The notes under the pieces were generated by a model. It ran no database searches and was not told the origin of the DNA. It was given only the letters and a program-made list of their open reading frames with translations. A DNA stretch of 63,938 nucleotides, filler included, from Lenisia limosa (lineage: Eukaryota; Protista; Breviatea), in NCBI GenBank assembly GCA_001655205.1. It is 13 parts of 13 records of this genome, joined end to end, with 100 filler letters (N's around TTAATTAATTAA, not from the genome) between each part and the next. Parts side by side here need not be neighbours in the genome. Positions count along the whole stretch, not along the records: positions 33,420 to 42,251 come from LPNZ01011236.1; positions 42,352 to 44,431 come from LPNZ01000300.1; positions 44,532 to 47,690 come from LPNZ01007778.1; 10 more parts are not named here. One strand, written 5' to 3'. Below are positions 34,218-47,500 of the stretch, one piece after another; within the stretch, counting starts at the first letter, position 1, and every line of letters starts with the position of its first letter. Position numbers and translations under genes: made by a program.

Positions 34218-36383
34218 ATGAAGTACACCGCCATTATCCTGGCCCTTTTCGCCTTCCTGGCCGTCGCCTTTGCGGACGTTGAGTATGAGAATGAAGTCGC
34301 TATCCTCACTGACGACAACTTTGATGAGGTTATCGAAGAGAACAAGGTCGTTTTCGTGATGTTCTACGCCCCGTAAGCTACCAACTCTTTTCCCCAAATT
34401 AGGCTAACTCTTTCAGCTGGTGCGGACACTGTACGAGGGAGTTACTGGAGTTGTTGAAGTCATCTATTGCAAATTAATCATTATGTCATCTTTTCTGAAA
34501 TCTTTTTTTTCTTTTATTGACTTTTTCCAGGCAAGACTGCCAAGCCTGAGTATGAGGAAGCTGCCGCTATGACTAAGGGATCTGTAAGCGGGTGTTTTCC
34601 TGTTTATTTCACCAATCGGTAATCTTTTCTGTTTTCTAACTTAAGTTAGGTCGTCTTCGGCAAGGTTGACGCTACTGAGGAGGAAGATGTTGCCCAGAAG
34701 CATGAAGTCCAAGGCTACCCCACCATCAAGCTCTTCGTGTAAGCTTTTGGCTTTATTATGTTCATTTTAATAATCAGGAGATGAATCCAGTACATTTTTA
34801 TCAATACTTACATTCCTACCCTTTTTTTTTCTTTTATTTTTTGTGATCTTTTGCTCATCTTATGCTTAGTGACGGACAAGCACAAGACTACAACGGCAAC
34901 CGCAAGGCTGCTGACTTCGCTTCTTTCGCCAAGAAGTTCGCTGGCCCCGCTTTTGTTGAGATCACAACCGAGGAGGAGTACAAGACCTTCGTCGCTGAAA
35001 ACCTTGCCGTTGTCGGTGTTTTCGAGGCTGAGTCCAAGGGTGGGTGGTGTGAACGTTTTTTTAATTATTACTATTATTATTTTATATTTGAAATATTCTA
35101 AAATGTTTCACCTTTCAGAGTACAAGGCTTTCACCCGTACTGCCAAAAAGAACCGTGGTGACTACACTTTCGGCTACGTTGCCAATGAGGAGCTCATCCG
35201 CACTCTTTCTCTCACCACCAAGACCATCACCATGACCAAGGTCAACGAAGAGAGCCCCGTCCTTTCTGAGGGTACCAAGAACGCCAAGAAGATCACCGAG
35301 TGGCTCAAGGAGAACGCTCTTCCCATCTTCGGAGAGATCTCTCCCTCCAACTACATGTCTTACATCGAGCGCGGCCTTCCCATCGTCTTTGCTTTCATGA
35401 ACCCCGAGGAGGACAACACTGAGGTTGAGAAGGAGTTCCTTGGCGTTGCCAAGAGCCTTGTCGGCAAGTACTCTGTTGTCTCTGTTGACTCCATCCGCTT
35501 CATCGGCCAGGCCAAGCGTCTCGGTCTTTCTGGTGATGTTGTTCCCTGCATCGCTTTCGAGGCTGACGAGCAGCATTTCGCTTACAGCGAGACCGCTGAG
35601 CTTACCACCGAGTCCATGCTCGCCTGGTTCAAGAAACACGAGGATGGTGAGCTCAAGCCTACCATCAAGTCCCAGCCCATCCCCGAAACCCAGGAGGAGG
35701 TTTACACCATCGTTGCTGACAACTTCAAGGAGATCGTCCTCGACGAGACCAAGGGTTGGTTGTCGATATTGATGCTCTTTTTTGACTGTTCAACTGTTCT
35801 AACTCTTTAGATGTCTTTGTCAAGTTCTACGCTCCCTGGTGCGGCCACTGCAAGTCACTCGCCCCCAAGTGGGAGGAGCTCGCTGAGGAGTTCATCGATG
35901 ATGACAACGTTGTCATTGCCGAGATGGATCTCACTGAGAACGATGTAAGAGGGGGTGCATGTTTTTTTGTTGTTGTTAAAATACATTCTCTTTTTTTTTT
36001 CTTTTTTCTTTTTTTTGTATCAACAAAACGATAGTGTTAACAATCTATTTTTGACCATTCCAGATCCCCGTTTCTGGTATCTCCGTCCAAGGATTCCCTA
36101 CCCTCATGCTCTTCACTGCCGAGTCTGGTGCCGAGCCCGTCTCCTTCGAGGGCGAGCGCGAGGTTGCTGACCTTGTCTCTTTCGTCAACGAGTCTCGCAA
36201 GTGAGAGGATTATTCATCATCAATCTACATTGTTTTCAGTTTTCTTCTCTTCTTACACATATTTACTTCTCCGGCTATTGGATTGGCGACTTTTCTGCAA
36301 AAAAAACATTCTCATCTCATTTGCTCAGGTCTGTTGATGCCGAGGAGGTCAAGGACGCCCCCCAGGATGCTGAGGAGCTCTAA
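34218..36383 (+). CDS. PDI: Protein disulfide-isomerase (a-b-b'-a'), 480 aa, complete
   Basis: Exons 34218-34372, 34417-34430, 34531-34583, 34650-34738, 34870-35039, 35119-35754, 35811-35944, 36064-36200, 36329-36383 (1443 nt). Signal peptide [19 protein letters not shown], two [10 protein letters not shown] motifs, [17 protein letters not shown]-terminal AEEL. Confidence 0.97.
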
Positions 36384-36512
36384 GTCATGTTTGAATGTAT
36401 TCTGCATCACTTATTCTGGCCCATCTGCTCTTCTTTGTTATCGAACCACTATTGGGGGTTGGGGCAGAAACGATGTTGAAATGTAAACCCAGTCGAAAAT
36501 AGAATAGTACAT

Positions 36513-37598
36513 TTAGAACACAATTTTACCGTTTTCCTTGCCATCATTGTCGCCAATGCCACCATCACACAAATAGCAGCGGAATAGCATTCTCTCAGCA
36601 TCGGCGTATTGTTCAATGACACATCCGGGTTCATCATCATCATCATCCTTCTCAGGCATCTAAAACACAGTAAAGCAATCCTAACAATCCTCTATATGAC
36701 ATTTCATAGAATAACGCAGAATAATAGTCTGTTTCATTCATACCGCGAAAACATGGGGAGTTTCATTGTCCTTGGTGGGACCCTTGGTATACACCATGTC
36801 GAAATCCTCCCTGTCGTCGAATTCAAGTGTAAGCTCATGGCATGATCCTGGAACGTTAATCAATCGGTGCTAATATCCTCCAACCATGTTCGATTTTGGG
36901 GATGATCACTTGCATCCACTTGTAGAGGTTGTAAATGTCATCAGGAGGGGATCCTTCTAGATGGGTGTCAAACTGAAAAGATTGAAAGGGAATCTCACCT
37001 CCAATTGGACGGACATCAATGAAGGTTTCTCCTCCATTTGCCATGAAAATCACCTTTTCCTCCATTCCGCTCTCTGTTGTGATCTAAAAACAGTTTAGTT
37101 TGTGGATTTGACAGAAATGCTATCATATATTGTGAAAAGTAACATGCCACACATACAGTCAATCTCATGGTGTTGGCTTCAATAGGATCAACCTCAGCTT
37201 CACGCTGGCGAATTTGATATGGCTTTCTGTCATCTCCATCATTAACAATTCCCTCTTGGACAACTTCTCCATAACCATCCACTAGAAAGTGAGTACAGAA
37301 ACCAAATTGAATTGAGCTTACAATCTTCGTTCTCCAGCATGTCTCTTAACATCTGTTGTGGGTCAAGTCCAAGGCGTTCAGCCTCATCATATGAAATTGA
37401 CTCCTTAGCTAAAACATGAAAACAAGAAATCTTTTCCCAACCTTGTTCTCTGACTTCCTGGCTTCCACCAAACGTCAATGTTTCGGCAAAGCTATCAAGG
37501 AAAGCTTCAGGATCAAAGTCCTCAGGAACATTTGCGTTACCATAAATGGCAACAAAAAGGGTAGACAACAAGATAAATACTACTGTAAGTTCTTTCAT
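36513..37598 (-). CDS. Secreted protein of unknown function
   Basis: Signal-peptide-like MKELTVVFILLSTLFVAIYG; phase-consistent exons 37598-37322, 37281-37157, 37083-36885, 36847-36744, 36659-36513 (last exon end uncertain). Confidence 0.65.
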
Positions 37599-37988
37599 GG
37601 TACTTGTAGAGGCTGTGTTATTGAAAATCAGAAACAAAACACAATAAAATGGGGAAACTTCCTTATATGGTAAGTTGTGACCGGTGATAACACCTTGGTT
37701 TTTCTGATAAAATCTGGAAAGGAAGAAGTAGAATCAGCTATTCCCCTTGACAAGTTGCTTTATTTTGTTTTTAGTATTCAATAAGAAGCAGAAGGCAGAA
37801 GGAAGAGCACAGTAACGCCAGAAATCTCCTTCTTTTGTCCTTCTAAGGTCCCTCTATGAGTGCTTTACTCTGAAATAAGGATAGCTTCTATCAATTTCCA
37901 GTAGAACACCATTCCATCTCAATCTACAAACCATCCCTCCTGATTTCGAACCCTTCCGCCAAAAATCAGTCCTTCCACCTACTTAGAC

Positions 37989-40900
37989 ATGTGTCGCTTC
38001 TGCATCTACGTAAGAGGAATGTTCTACTTTATCAATAGTTTTTTTTTGGGCCTCTGTACAGCTATCATGGACATGGAGACAGTTTTTTTGGGCCTCTGTA
38101 CAGCTATCATGGACATGGAGACAGTTTTTTTGGGCTATTTGTTTCCTTTTACCTGGCGCCTTACTTACAGACAAGTAGTAAATCCCTTTGTCTATTATAC
38201 TCGTGCATTTAGCCCAACGAGCTGATTTGTTTCATAAATTGTCCATCCTTCCTTTCTAGAATTAATAGACGTTTAGATTGGTCCGCCTATTCTGCTTGCG
38301 GACCTTGTGATCAAGCCAAAACACTCCATTATCAAACAGAGCTTGTAGGAGTGGATTCCATTTCAGCGGAACAGCAATATAGTAGTCGTTCAATTCCATT
38401 CATAATGGGATTATAGAAAATAGTGTTCTGTGTTACAATATTCCTGAAACATCCGAAATGTATGCTCAACTTTCACATTGACTAGTTCAGTTCAGGTCAG
38501 TTGCAAAATTAACACTACAGAGCTGGCGGTTTTCTCCCAGGCATTGAACATGATAAACTGTCCCCAAAGTAGGCATGGGGATTTAAAGGAGAGCTAATAT
38601 TTCCAGATATTTGATAGACACATTAGTTATTGACTTTAGTTGGGAAGTGATTATTATTATTTTGATACATACGTTATCACATCTACTATTGTTAACGCTT
38701 TAGGGAAGTGATAGACATCCGAATGCGAAATCACTCGCTAAATGGTGACGGTTTGGGGGGGGGGGAGAGACTTGTTATCATTGAGGGTTTGTGTGCGTGT
38801 GGATTATGATGATGTAGAATGAAAGTATCTGAAAAGGGGTTCTTGTTGCAACTAGGTCTTACTTTAAAATTCTCCATGGAGTCCTCTAAATTACGACGCA
38901 GGTTTTGGGATCGGCTTTTACATGGAGGATGATGCTCCACAGGGCGTATTCAATCAACCCGAGGTATGCGGGGCTTGGTGACAGAGGGAGACAGTGATAG
39001 GGAAATATCTCTAAGACATTTTTAAATGTTGCTAGACGGTATTTGGTGCTGTTTCAAGGAAACCGAGTAGGAAGTCGGTCTCACTATCGGTGCAGGCCGA
39101 AGAGTAGTTAGCAAAGAGTGCGGGGCTTTGGAGAGGATATAACGGATTATGCTTCAATTTCACGTTCAAAAGTAATGTCTGGAAATTTTCTTTTATTTTT
39201 CCGTTCTTTTGAGAACCTCAAAAACATATTATTACAACGCATACTCTGTATTTGTGTTAATAACGTTTGTGTAGGCCCCCTGTGCTTTTCAGTCTACAAC
39301 GCCCATGTGGGTGAACAGGTTAGAGGATGAACGCTTTTGGGAGTTCATAGAGATAGTATTAATACTTGTGATAGCTTGAACCAAGTTACCATGTTTGTTA
39401 ACTTTTATCATCAATTCTCGACCAGTCAATTAGATCATTTTCGCCGCAGTGTGATACTTCCTATCCACTCATAAGACAGTTGACCAACATGTCTCAATGA
39501 TACGGAAGACACTCCCTCGTGTTATCTTCGTTCATCATTTCGAATCGAAATTCTGCTATTATCAATATTAGATAGTATTACTTTACTACTAGAGATTACT
39601 TCCGCCCTCACAATAGTTTTGGGGGGATTTTGGACCGCAAATGAATTGGAAGAAAATTAAAATGTGACTTTTTACATTTTTAGTGACTTTTGCGATGCCT
39701 TTACCTATTAAAATGAGACCTTTACATAGTGTAGAAACCTCCATCGCCTCTGTGACAAGCTCTATTCGCACCTCATCTTCGCTCATGTTCGTTGTGCAAT
39801 GCCAGGATTGCCTGTTGTTGTGGGGGGGGGGNNNNNNNNNNCCCCCTATGTTCACACAAAATGACACGATGTGTATCCCCCAGTATCCCAACTGTTGTTC
39901 ACCCCCCCCCCAGGAGACAAATTGCCATCCGTTTGTCTTCGGCCCTCTTCTTTGGATGCACAATGGTGGCATCCCCAGATTCAAGGTGGGGGGGGGGGGN
40001 NNNNNNNNNNNNNNNNNNNNNNNNNNNNNNNNNNNNNNNNNNNNNNNNNNNNNNNNNNNNNNNNNNNNNNNNNNNNNNNNNNNNNNNNNNNNNNNNNNNN
40101 NNNNNNNNNNNNNNNNNNNNNNNNNNNNNNNNNNNNNNNNNNNNNNGCAATAACAAACAAGAGCAACCAACGCTAAAACTAGACAAAAACCAGATGACAA
40201 AAACACAAAAAACACAAGCCCAAGCCGAAGCCAGGGGGGGTCAAGGTGTGGTTGGCGGGGTTAAAGAGGGAGATTCAACATTATCTAGACAAATCCTAAA
40301 TATAACTATCCATCTAACTCCCACATAATTAGGCCTTCACTTCGGTTCGAAAAATACAGGCTAAATATCGATGGTTCGACGATTTATCGAGAAATTCAGT
40401 CTCTTTTTTCGCAATATAACCCCCTTAGGAGGTTTCAAGACGCATATTCGCTCGGCTTAGCCAGCCTGCCTTCAACTACATCCAAGGTAACTATAGCCAA
40501 ATGATTACTAGTTTGACGAGGGTTTATTGTGGAGAAGAGCCAGTCTATTTTGACGCTATATCCCCCCACACTCTATTGTACCCCCCGTTTACAAGGCTAT
40601 TTATTTGTTTTTTACTGTTTTACCTTAAACGTTTTTGTTCAATGGGATAAATTGGGGTGACCAGTCATGTGTGCTCAGAATTATTAGGTAAACGATAGGG
40701 TGAATTACCCTTCTGCTATAATCCAATATTTCTTTTCAGCGTGATGGTAGACGGCTTCGGCCAGAAACATGCAACCTTGTTTAATATCTCACCTCTATTT
40801 AGCTGTTTTGATAATCAGCAGTTTGAAGACACAATTGAACTAATATAGGCTCAACGGATAGCGAAATATGCGGAGCTCTGTTTCTTGACTGTTTACATGG

Positions 40901-41967
40901 AGGAGGTGGGATGGCTATTCTTCCATGACCGTCTCTCTCCCACCAATTCAGCCACGCACACACACAATGTCTCTTATCAGCGTGATGCAGTGACTGGCTT
41001 CGTACTTCTATTATCTTTTATATTATTCTTCTCTACATACTTCTCACCCCCCCCCCAGAGTGGGATGGAGTATTTCTTCGCAAGTACACAAAAGACGAGC
41101 TTATCCAGGCCTTGCAAACCACCTTACACATTGTTTCAATCATCCTGACTAACTTGGAGTGGGAGCTGGGGGGGTAAAATTGGTGACTTATATATCACAT
41201 TCCACAGCATCTGACAGTTTTAATATACAGATATCATCTACGATATATACTAGATAAAAAATTCTGTCATATGGTTATTATTTAATGATCAATCAAAATA
41301 GCAGTCTCCAAATCAGATTCACTACGTAATGTAATCTGAAATGAGCCTCAAATCTTTGATTATGGTCAATTTCAGCAAAATGCACCCCAAATTTATGAAA
41401 TTTCATTTTGGTGTAGTGGCCTGCCATCTAATTATTGCAGTACCACCCTGGCAGCCAGTTTGAACTTCGCTGTTAGTGACGGCAAGACCACTGTCGCTTG
41501 TCGTTTCCGCAATCATCTCATTGAGGTGCTGGAGGGTGTCGAATGGCATGGTATAATCTGTAGAGTGATTAGTGTTTTACTAAAGGATCTTACCGGAAAC
41601 CAGCCAAATTATGGAGTGATATCTGAATTAATATTATACTATAATAATATCTCTTATAAGTGCGAAGGTATTGACGGCTTCGCCAAGATACAACCAACCT
41701 TGTTTTATTTCTCATCTCAATATATTTTATAGAATACCCGCCACCCCCCTCCCTCATATAACATCCAAGAGCTATATTATGGGTGTTTATATGCCATTCC
41801 AGACCCCATTTCTCACTGCGATTTATTAAATTCTCTTCTCCAGGACCCCCCCTCGCTGTATTGGACAGAGCGCATTCGTCCGCACCGGACCGGAGTGAAC
41901 GACCGGGATATCAGCTCTCTCGAAACCGAGACCGGCAACGTCATTCCAGATAACGACGAGGACCAGG
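37989..41967 (+). CDS. DUG3: Class II (Ntn) glutamine amidotransferase, DUG3/EgtC/YafJ family, 3' end beyond the scaffold
   Basis: Exons 37989-38009, 38277-38344, 38521-38568, 38704-38750, 38902-38963, 39275-39318, 39735-39819, 39914-39985, 40429-40486, 40849-40905, 41059-41158, 41441-41525, 41844-41967. Motifs MCR, LADLVIKPKHSIIKQS, NGDGFGIGFY, IFAHVRC, NCHPF, WMHNGG, QGSTDSE, SLNFAVSDG, PSLY. Confidence 0.93.
38041..38135. repeat. 42-bp tandem duplication (2.3 copies) in DUG3 intron 1
   Basis: TTTTTTTGGGCCTCTGTACAGCTATCATGGACATGGAGACAG repeated exactly. Confidence 0.9.
40330..40410. mobile_element. hAT-like MITE, right end lost
   Basis: TAGGCCTTCACTTCGGTTCGAAAA...GATTTATCGAGAAATTCAGTC. 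Confidence 0.7.
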
Positions 41968-42351
41968 GTGTGTGGGGCGGCGGGTATAGTTGGGATTATT
42001 GCTTATTGGAGACAACAAAGCCCGATCATTAATGAAACAACAAAGCCCGATCATTATTGGGATTTTGAATATTGGGGCAGGGGTATCACCGAGACCAGCA
42101 ATGTCATACCAGATAACGACGAGGATCGTTGGGGGGTGGGGTGAACACCATATTCTATCTCTTCACTCCTAATCAAATCCATCATGCGGTGCTGCAGAAG
42201 CAATGGGTCAGGTATTTGTTTGTTTTGTTGTTTTATATAAATATATACTTGNNNNNNNNNNNNNNNNNNNNNNNNNNNNNNNNNNNNNNNNNNNNTTAAT
42301 TAATTAANNNNNNNNNNNNNNNNNNNNNNNNNNNNNNNNNNNNNNNNNNNN

Positions 42352-44254
42352 CGGTGAGGCTGTTGCATTAGCCAGACTACAGAGCAAGGGAGCAGTGGGG
42401 GGGTGCGGGGATAAAGTGTTTTTCAATAATACCATTCTATAATAACTGGGGCTTCCCTACGGTCCCAAAATAGACTTAATTTCCCGATAAATCCTCGATA
42501 AATATCGATATTTTGATGGTCTTTTTCGGACCGTAGGGAAGCCCTAAAAATAACAAAACCCTGCATCTGAGTGACTTCCGTTTGAAGACAATTTCATTGA
42601 CAGTATAGCCTTGGATGTCCGTTTCAGCAAGTCAGGAGAATAACCTTTCAGATATCGGCATCGGACAAATACCTCATGAACGCGTACAAGGAAATTGGCC
42701 GGGTGTGCGACCGGCTTGATGTTGGCCGGAGAGCCAAGGTGGGGATTGCCCAGGAGCAAAAACCAGCATTATCGCTATATTACAATATTATCATGAATTA
42801 ATCGTGAATTTATTTATCGTGAATTTATCGTGAATATAATGAATTATCGAGACTTGTTGTTGGGCTGTTTTTGAATTGTTTGTTATCGTTTGCCTCAACT
42901 CCGTGCAAAATAGATGTGATTGACCCCATTTCAATCTCCTCAGGACCAAGCCGACATGTTTATGAAGAAGCTTGAGGAGACACGCCAACTCAAAGTAGGG
43001 CCCTTCTTGTCGGTCCCAGAATGACTGAACTCATCATTCGTATTGGTCAAGTCCATACATACCGTACCATTTTGGTCCAGTCCACACATATCATATCAGA
43101 TGACATATCCTCTTTATTATTACAATTGCACCTGTCTTCTTGCTGTTCGTATTAGTAGCCCCCCAGGGCCTACTTGATGTTGTTACTAACCCCCCAGGGT
43201 AGACTTGATGGAGCGGTCGCGGCCGTGATTATGATTGCCTGCACGACTGTGGGGCAACCCAGGTCCTTTAGAGGTACCCGGGTTATTTTTGTGATCGGGC
43301 GGTGTCTGATACCAGACTTTTTCATTCATACGTGTATTTTCTCAATTAGCGAACCTGAGCATCTTGTCAGCTTGTAAATAATCTTTTTGGAGTGTGCCCT
43401 TTCTTTTTAACCATCATGAGAGGGGATCAACGATTTTTTATATGTATCTGTTTCCCTCAGATTGTATTTAATGAAATTATTGTTCAAACACAATGGAATG
43501 GAAATGGGCATTAAATAGGCTTTTCACTGTGTAGAAATGGATGCCGTGTCACCTGCAAGTAAAAAGGAAATCGGGCGATGCTATAAGGTGCGAAGGGATA
43601 TTGGTTTGTTATGGTCAGACTCTAAGAGAATTTTACTCGACGCAGGTGAGCCCAATCATAATATTGGCTTAATAACCTTGTCCCAACCCATCATCACCTT
43701 GTAGCATGCCCTTCGGTTTTTGGACTTGAAAGTGAAGCAAAAACAGTCAACTGCTGAGAGTTTTGTGGTCTGGGGGCTCATTCCATGTTTTAATATCCAT
43801 AAACAAGCATGTTGATGATCAAAGGTTATGATAATGGGTAAAAATCAACAGTTGAACTCTTTCGTATTTCATGAGAATTAGAATCGACTTGCCCAATATC
43901 TTATCCTCCAGGGTCGTTTTTGCAGTATGCTCGACCTCAAACCTGATGTGAGTTATCAATATCAATCTATTGGGAGACTCATTTATGTCACATTACTTTA
44001 CATATTGTACTGGGGAGCTGTGCACAGAGTTACAAAGAAATAATTGGGTGAATAAATCAACACATCTCTTAACCGGGATGGTGTGGACGGCTTTGTCCAA
44101 ATATAACCTTGTATTTTTCCCATTCTATTATGTTGTTAGTATCGATAGCCTTGGTTTGCCTCGTTCTGAATCAGAAATGCCTCTTAATGATCCAGGTGGA
44201 AGAAGCATGTAAAACAGTTGCTCACAAGGCTGCGGACGTTGCTGGGCTCGGAGG
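42352..44254 (+). CDS. GTF2B: General transcription factor TFIIB (internal part)
   Basis: Exons 42352-42394, 42652-42738, 42944-42994, 43198-43273, 43535-43587, 43705-43767, 43912-43947, 44196-44254 give ISASDKYLMNAYKEIGRVCDRL...[45 protein letters not shown]...FVGRFCSMLDL, the cyclin-fold repeats of TFIIB. Confidence 0.93.
42447..42546. mobile_element. hAT-like MITE, subfamily 2, in a TFIIB intron
   Basis: GGGCTTCCCTACGGTCC / GGACCGTAGGGAAGCCC 17-bp perfect inverted repeat; flanking 8-mers ATAATAAC / AAAATAAC (7/8). Confidence 0.88.
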
Positions 44255-44531
44255 GTGGGGGGGTGCTAATATCCTTTCTAATTGTGTTGGTTTGCTATTG
44301 CTATATTTCTTTATCATATCCCATAGCCTTTAAAACAATCACATACCCCGATTTAACCGGAAGGGGTGGTGCTGCAGAAGCGACTGGCCAAGGCTTTGTT
44401 TTTTTTTTTGTTGTTGTTTTCAACCCTAGGGNNNNNNNNNNNNNNNNNNNNNNNNNNNNNNNNNNNNNNNNNNNNTTAATTAATTAANNNNNNNNNNNNN
44501 NNNNNNNNNNNNNNNNNNNNNNNNNNNNNNN

Positions 44532-47500
44532 GGGGGGGATGCTGCCTCCGTTGCTTCCTAAAACGGTGAATTAGGAGAAATGGGAAACAATTACAGACTA
44601 TGATATAGCACTATATACAGTGACCGGGATAAGATTGACCTATTTTCCACACCCCCCACACCTGAGAATGGTGGCGTGCCGCGCTGGCTGTGGCTGGAGG
44701 CTTGAGAAGTCTTGGAGTTGCGCCTTGTGCGTCTACGTTGCGATGGGATTGGNNNNNNNNNNNNNNNNNNNNNNNNNNNNNNNNNNNNNNNNNNNNNNNN
44801 NNNNNNNNNNNNNNNNNNNNNNNNNNNNNNNNNNNNNNNNNNNNNNNNNNNNNNNNNNNNNNNNNNNNNNNNNNNNNNNNNNNNNNNNNNNNNNNNNNNN
44901 NNNNNNNNNNNNNNNNNNNNNNNNNNNNNNNNNNNNNNNNNNNNNNTGTTCGCTGAAACACAAGACGCTTTCAATTCTTTTGGAGGTATCAAGCTAAAAT
45001 AGAATGCTCACGAACAGTGTACTAAGATGGAGGGGTGCATTGAGACAAAGACACCCGTGCCTCTGACAAACATCGTCATCAAAATTACCCTTGTTCCTCC
45101 CAGGGTTTTGTTTCTCTCTTATGGTTCTCGATTCAAAAACAGTACTTGACACCCTCCCTACCAGAGCAGCAGTGAGAGACGCCTGAACCTCGGGAGAGAG
45201 GGAGTTGTTACCAGCCTGCAGCAGCATGGCCATACTCAGAGTGTTCATAGCCGTTGTGAGGCTGGGGGGGGGGGGGGGNNNNNNNNNNNNNNNNNNNNNN
45301 NNNNNNNNNNNNNNNNNNNNNNNNNNNNNNNNNNNNNNNNNNNNNNNNNNNNNNNNNNNNNNNNNNNNNNNNNNNNNNNNNNNNNNNNNNNNNNNNNNNN
45401 NNNNNNNNNNNNNNNNNNNNNNNNNNNNNNNNNNNNNNNNNNNNNNNNNNNNNNNNNNNNNNNNNNNNNNNNNNNNNNNNNNNNNNNNNNNNNNNNNNNN
45501 NNNNNNNNNNNNNNNNNNNATCATATAAAATGTAAAATATCCCCCCCCTCACGTGCCAACAGCCTCAGTGAGCGTGGACGTGGCGTCTTGGAGGGCGTTG
45601 ACAGAGTAAGCCGAGGCGACCGGGGCTGCGGCCGCGGAGGTGGTGGCGGCCGAGGTCAGAACCTGTTCCGCGGCCTGTAGGTGATGATTGTGTGGTTGAG
45701 GGGGGTATCCCATTCTTCACCCCATCATAATAGTATCTCACTTTTTGGATCTTTGACAAATGAAAACAAAGATATTGTGGTTACTATTATTTCCTGCTGT
45801 CATATAGTCTGGAAGTGTACGTATTTATTTACCAAAATTGAGCTCTCAAATACAGTATGTCTTCCCCCTACCTTTGAAGGGCTTGACGCAGCAGAGGGGG
45901 GACCCTGAGGGGTTAGAGGAAACCTTAGATTGCATAACGTGAGAGTCACCGTTTAAGAAACCTGCTTTCTGTTGGTCAAGACATACTGCAGAATAAAGCT
46001 CTTGTATTCCCAATGAAATAGCCCTCTTAGACCCACGTCAACGGACGAGACGGACGACAGAGATCGCCCCTTCTTTCTTCGGCCCTGAGCACAGTGGATG
46101 GCACATGTCAACATCTGCTGCTGTAGGGTGTGGGTGGGGACACCCACGGCTGCAAGGGACTGTTTTGGTTAATAATGTTTTGGTTAATAATGTTTTGGTT
46201 AATAATGGGACACATTGGTTAAACAAGAAACACCTTTGCTCAACTCCTTGCCGAATTCACGACCAAAAACATCTCAACACCCCCCCCCCCCTCCACCTCT
46301 ATTGACATCTTGGCGAGGCTAGCGATGCTGGATATTCCGCTCTGCAGCAGGAGAGGGAAGAACTTCTGAAGCCCGTTTCTCTGCAGCAAGCTCGACAACC
46401 CGTCCTCTGGGGGGGGGGGGGNNNNNNNNNNNNNNNNNNNNNNNNNNNNNNNNNNNNNNNNNNNNNNNNNNNNNNNNNNNNNNNNAAAAAGCCCAAAATC
46501 AACTCTCTGGGATGAAGATAAGGGAGATGATGGGGAGAAATAATAATCGAGGGCTTATCCTGAAATTCAATCTATTTGGGTCACTAGGGAAGCCTTGACA
46601 TACCTGTGACCAAGTTGAAGAGGGGGGCGGTAGCATGAGGGTTGGCCAGTCTCATAAATTCATCACCTGGGGGATCATGAAATGGATGAAAGGGATCTTG
46701 ATGTTGTGGTTGTTGTTGTTAATGATGATGTTTATGATATTTATGGTGTTAATGAAGAAGAAAATGAAAACAATGCTGTTAATGAAGATGAATATGGAGT
46801 TACGTTGTTGTTGATGATGATGTTAATGACAAAGAAGAAAATGGTAATGATGGTGATTATGATGTAAGAACACCCACCAAGATACACAGCGTAGATGTCC
46901 TTGAACTGGCGATTGACGTCCGCACCTAAAGCGGGTTAAGAAGTTGGGAAGGGTTTTGGAACATACAAAGGGGGTTCAGAAGGGGATGCTTTGGGGAAAA
47001 GCGGATAAGAAGAGGATAAGAAGACAAGAGGATAAGAAGAGGCATTAAGAGTATAATGATACTCCCACAATACACATAATACCCCTCACCTCCATAAATC
47101 ACCAAGGTATCACTGTGGGTGATGTCGCGAGGGTCCATACCCGGCCCGACTACCCAGTCTGAGTTACCAACGCCGGAGACTAGGGGGTAAAATGGCAAAT
47201 TTACGAAATAAAAAAAAAGCTCAAAATGGGTGAATGAAATAGTGGCAGTATACCCCCCCAACTAGCAGTATGGCAGGACCGCGCAGTAGGCGGNNNNNNN
47301 NNNNNNNNNNNNNNNNNNNNNNNNNNNNNNNNNNNNNNNNNNNNNNNNNNNNNNNNNNNNNNNNNNNNNNNNNNNNNNNNNNNNNNNNNNNNNNNNNNNN
47401 NNNNNNNNNNNNNNNNNNNNNNNNNNNNNNNNNNNNNNNNNNNNNNNNNNNNNNNNNNNNNNNNNNNNNNNNNNNNNNNNNNNTGTTGTGAGTGGGGGGT

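Noticed and set aside
35115-35639. 174-aa minus-strand ORF
   Set aside because: Antisense shadow of the codon-biased PDI exon 35119-35754.
37700-40215. A minus-strand gene (ORFs 38731-38940, 39589-40215 and others)
   Set aside because: The plus strand gives a motif-complete DUG3-type gene across the same bases; these ORFs are shadows or are extended by N runs.
46682-46867. Acidic ORF as a gene
   Set aside because: A (GAT/GTT)n simple-repeat tract inside an intron of the minus-strand Kelch gene.
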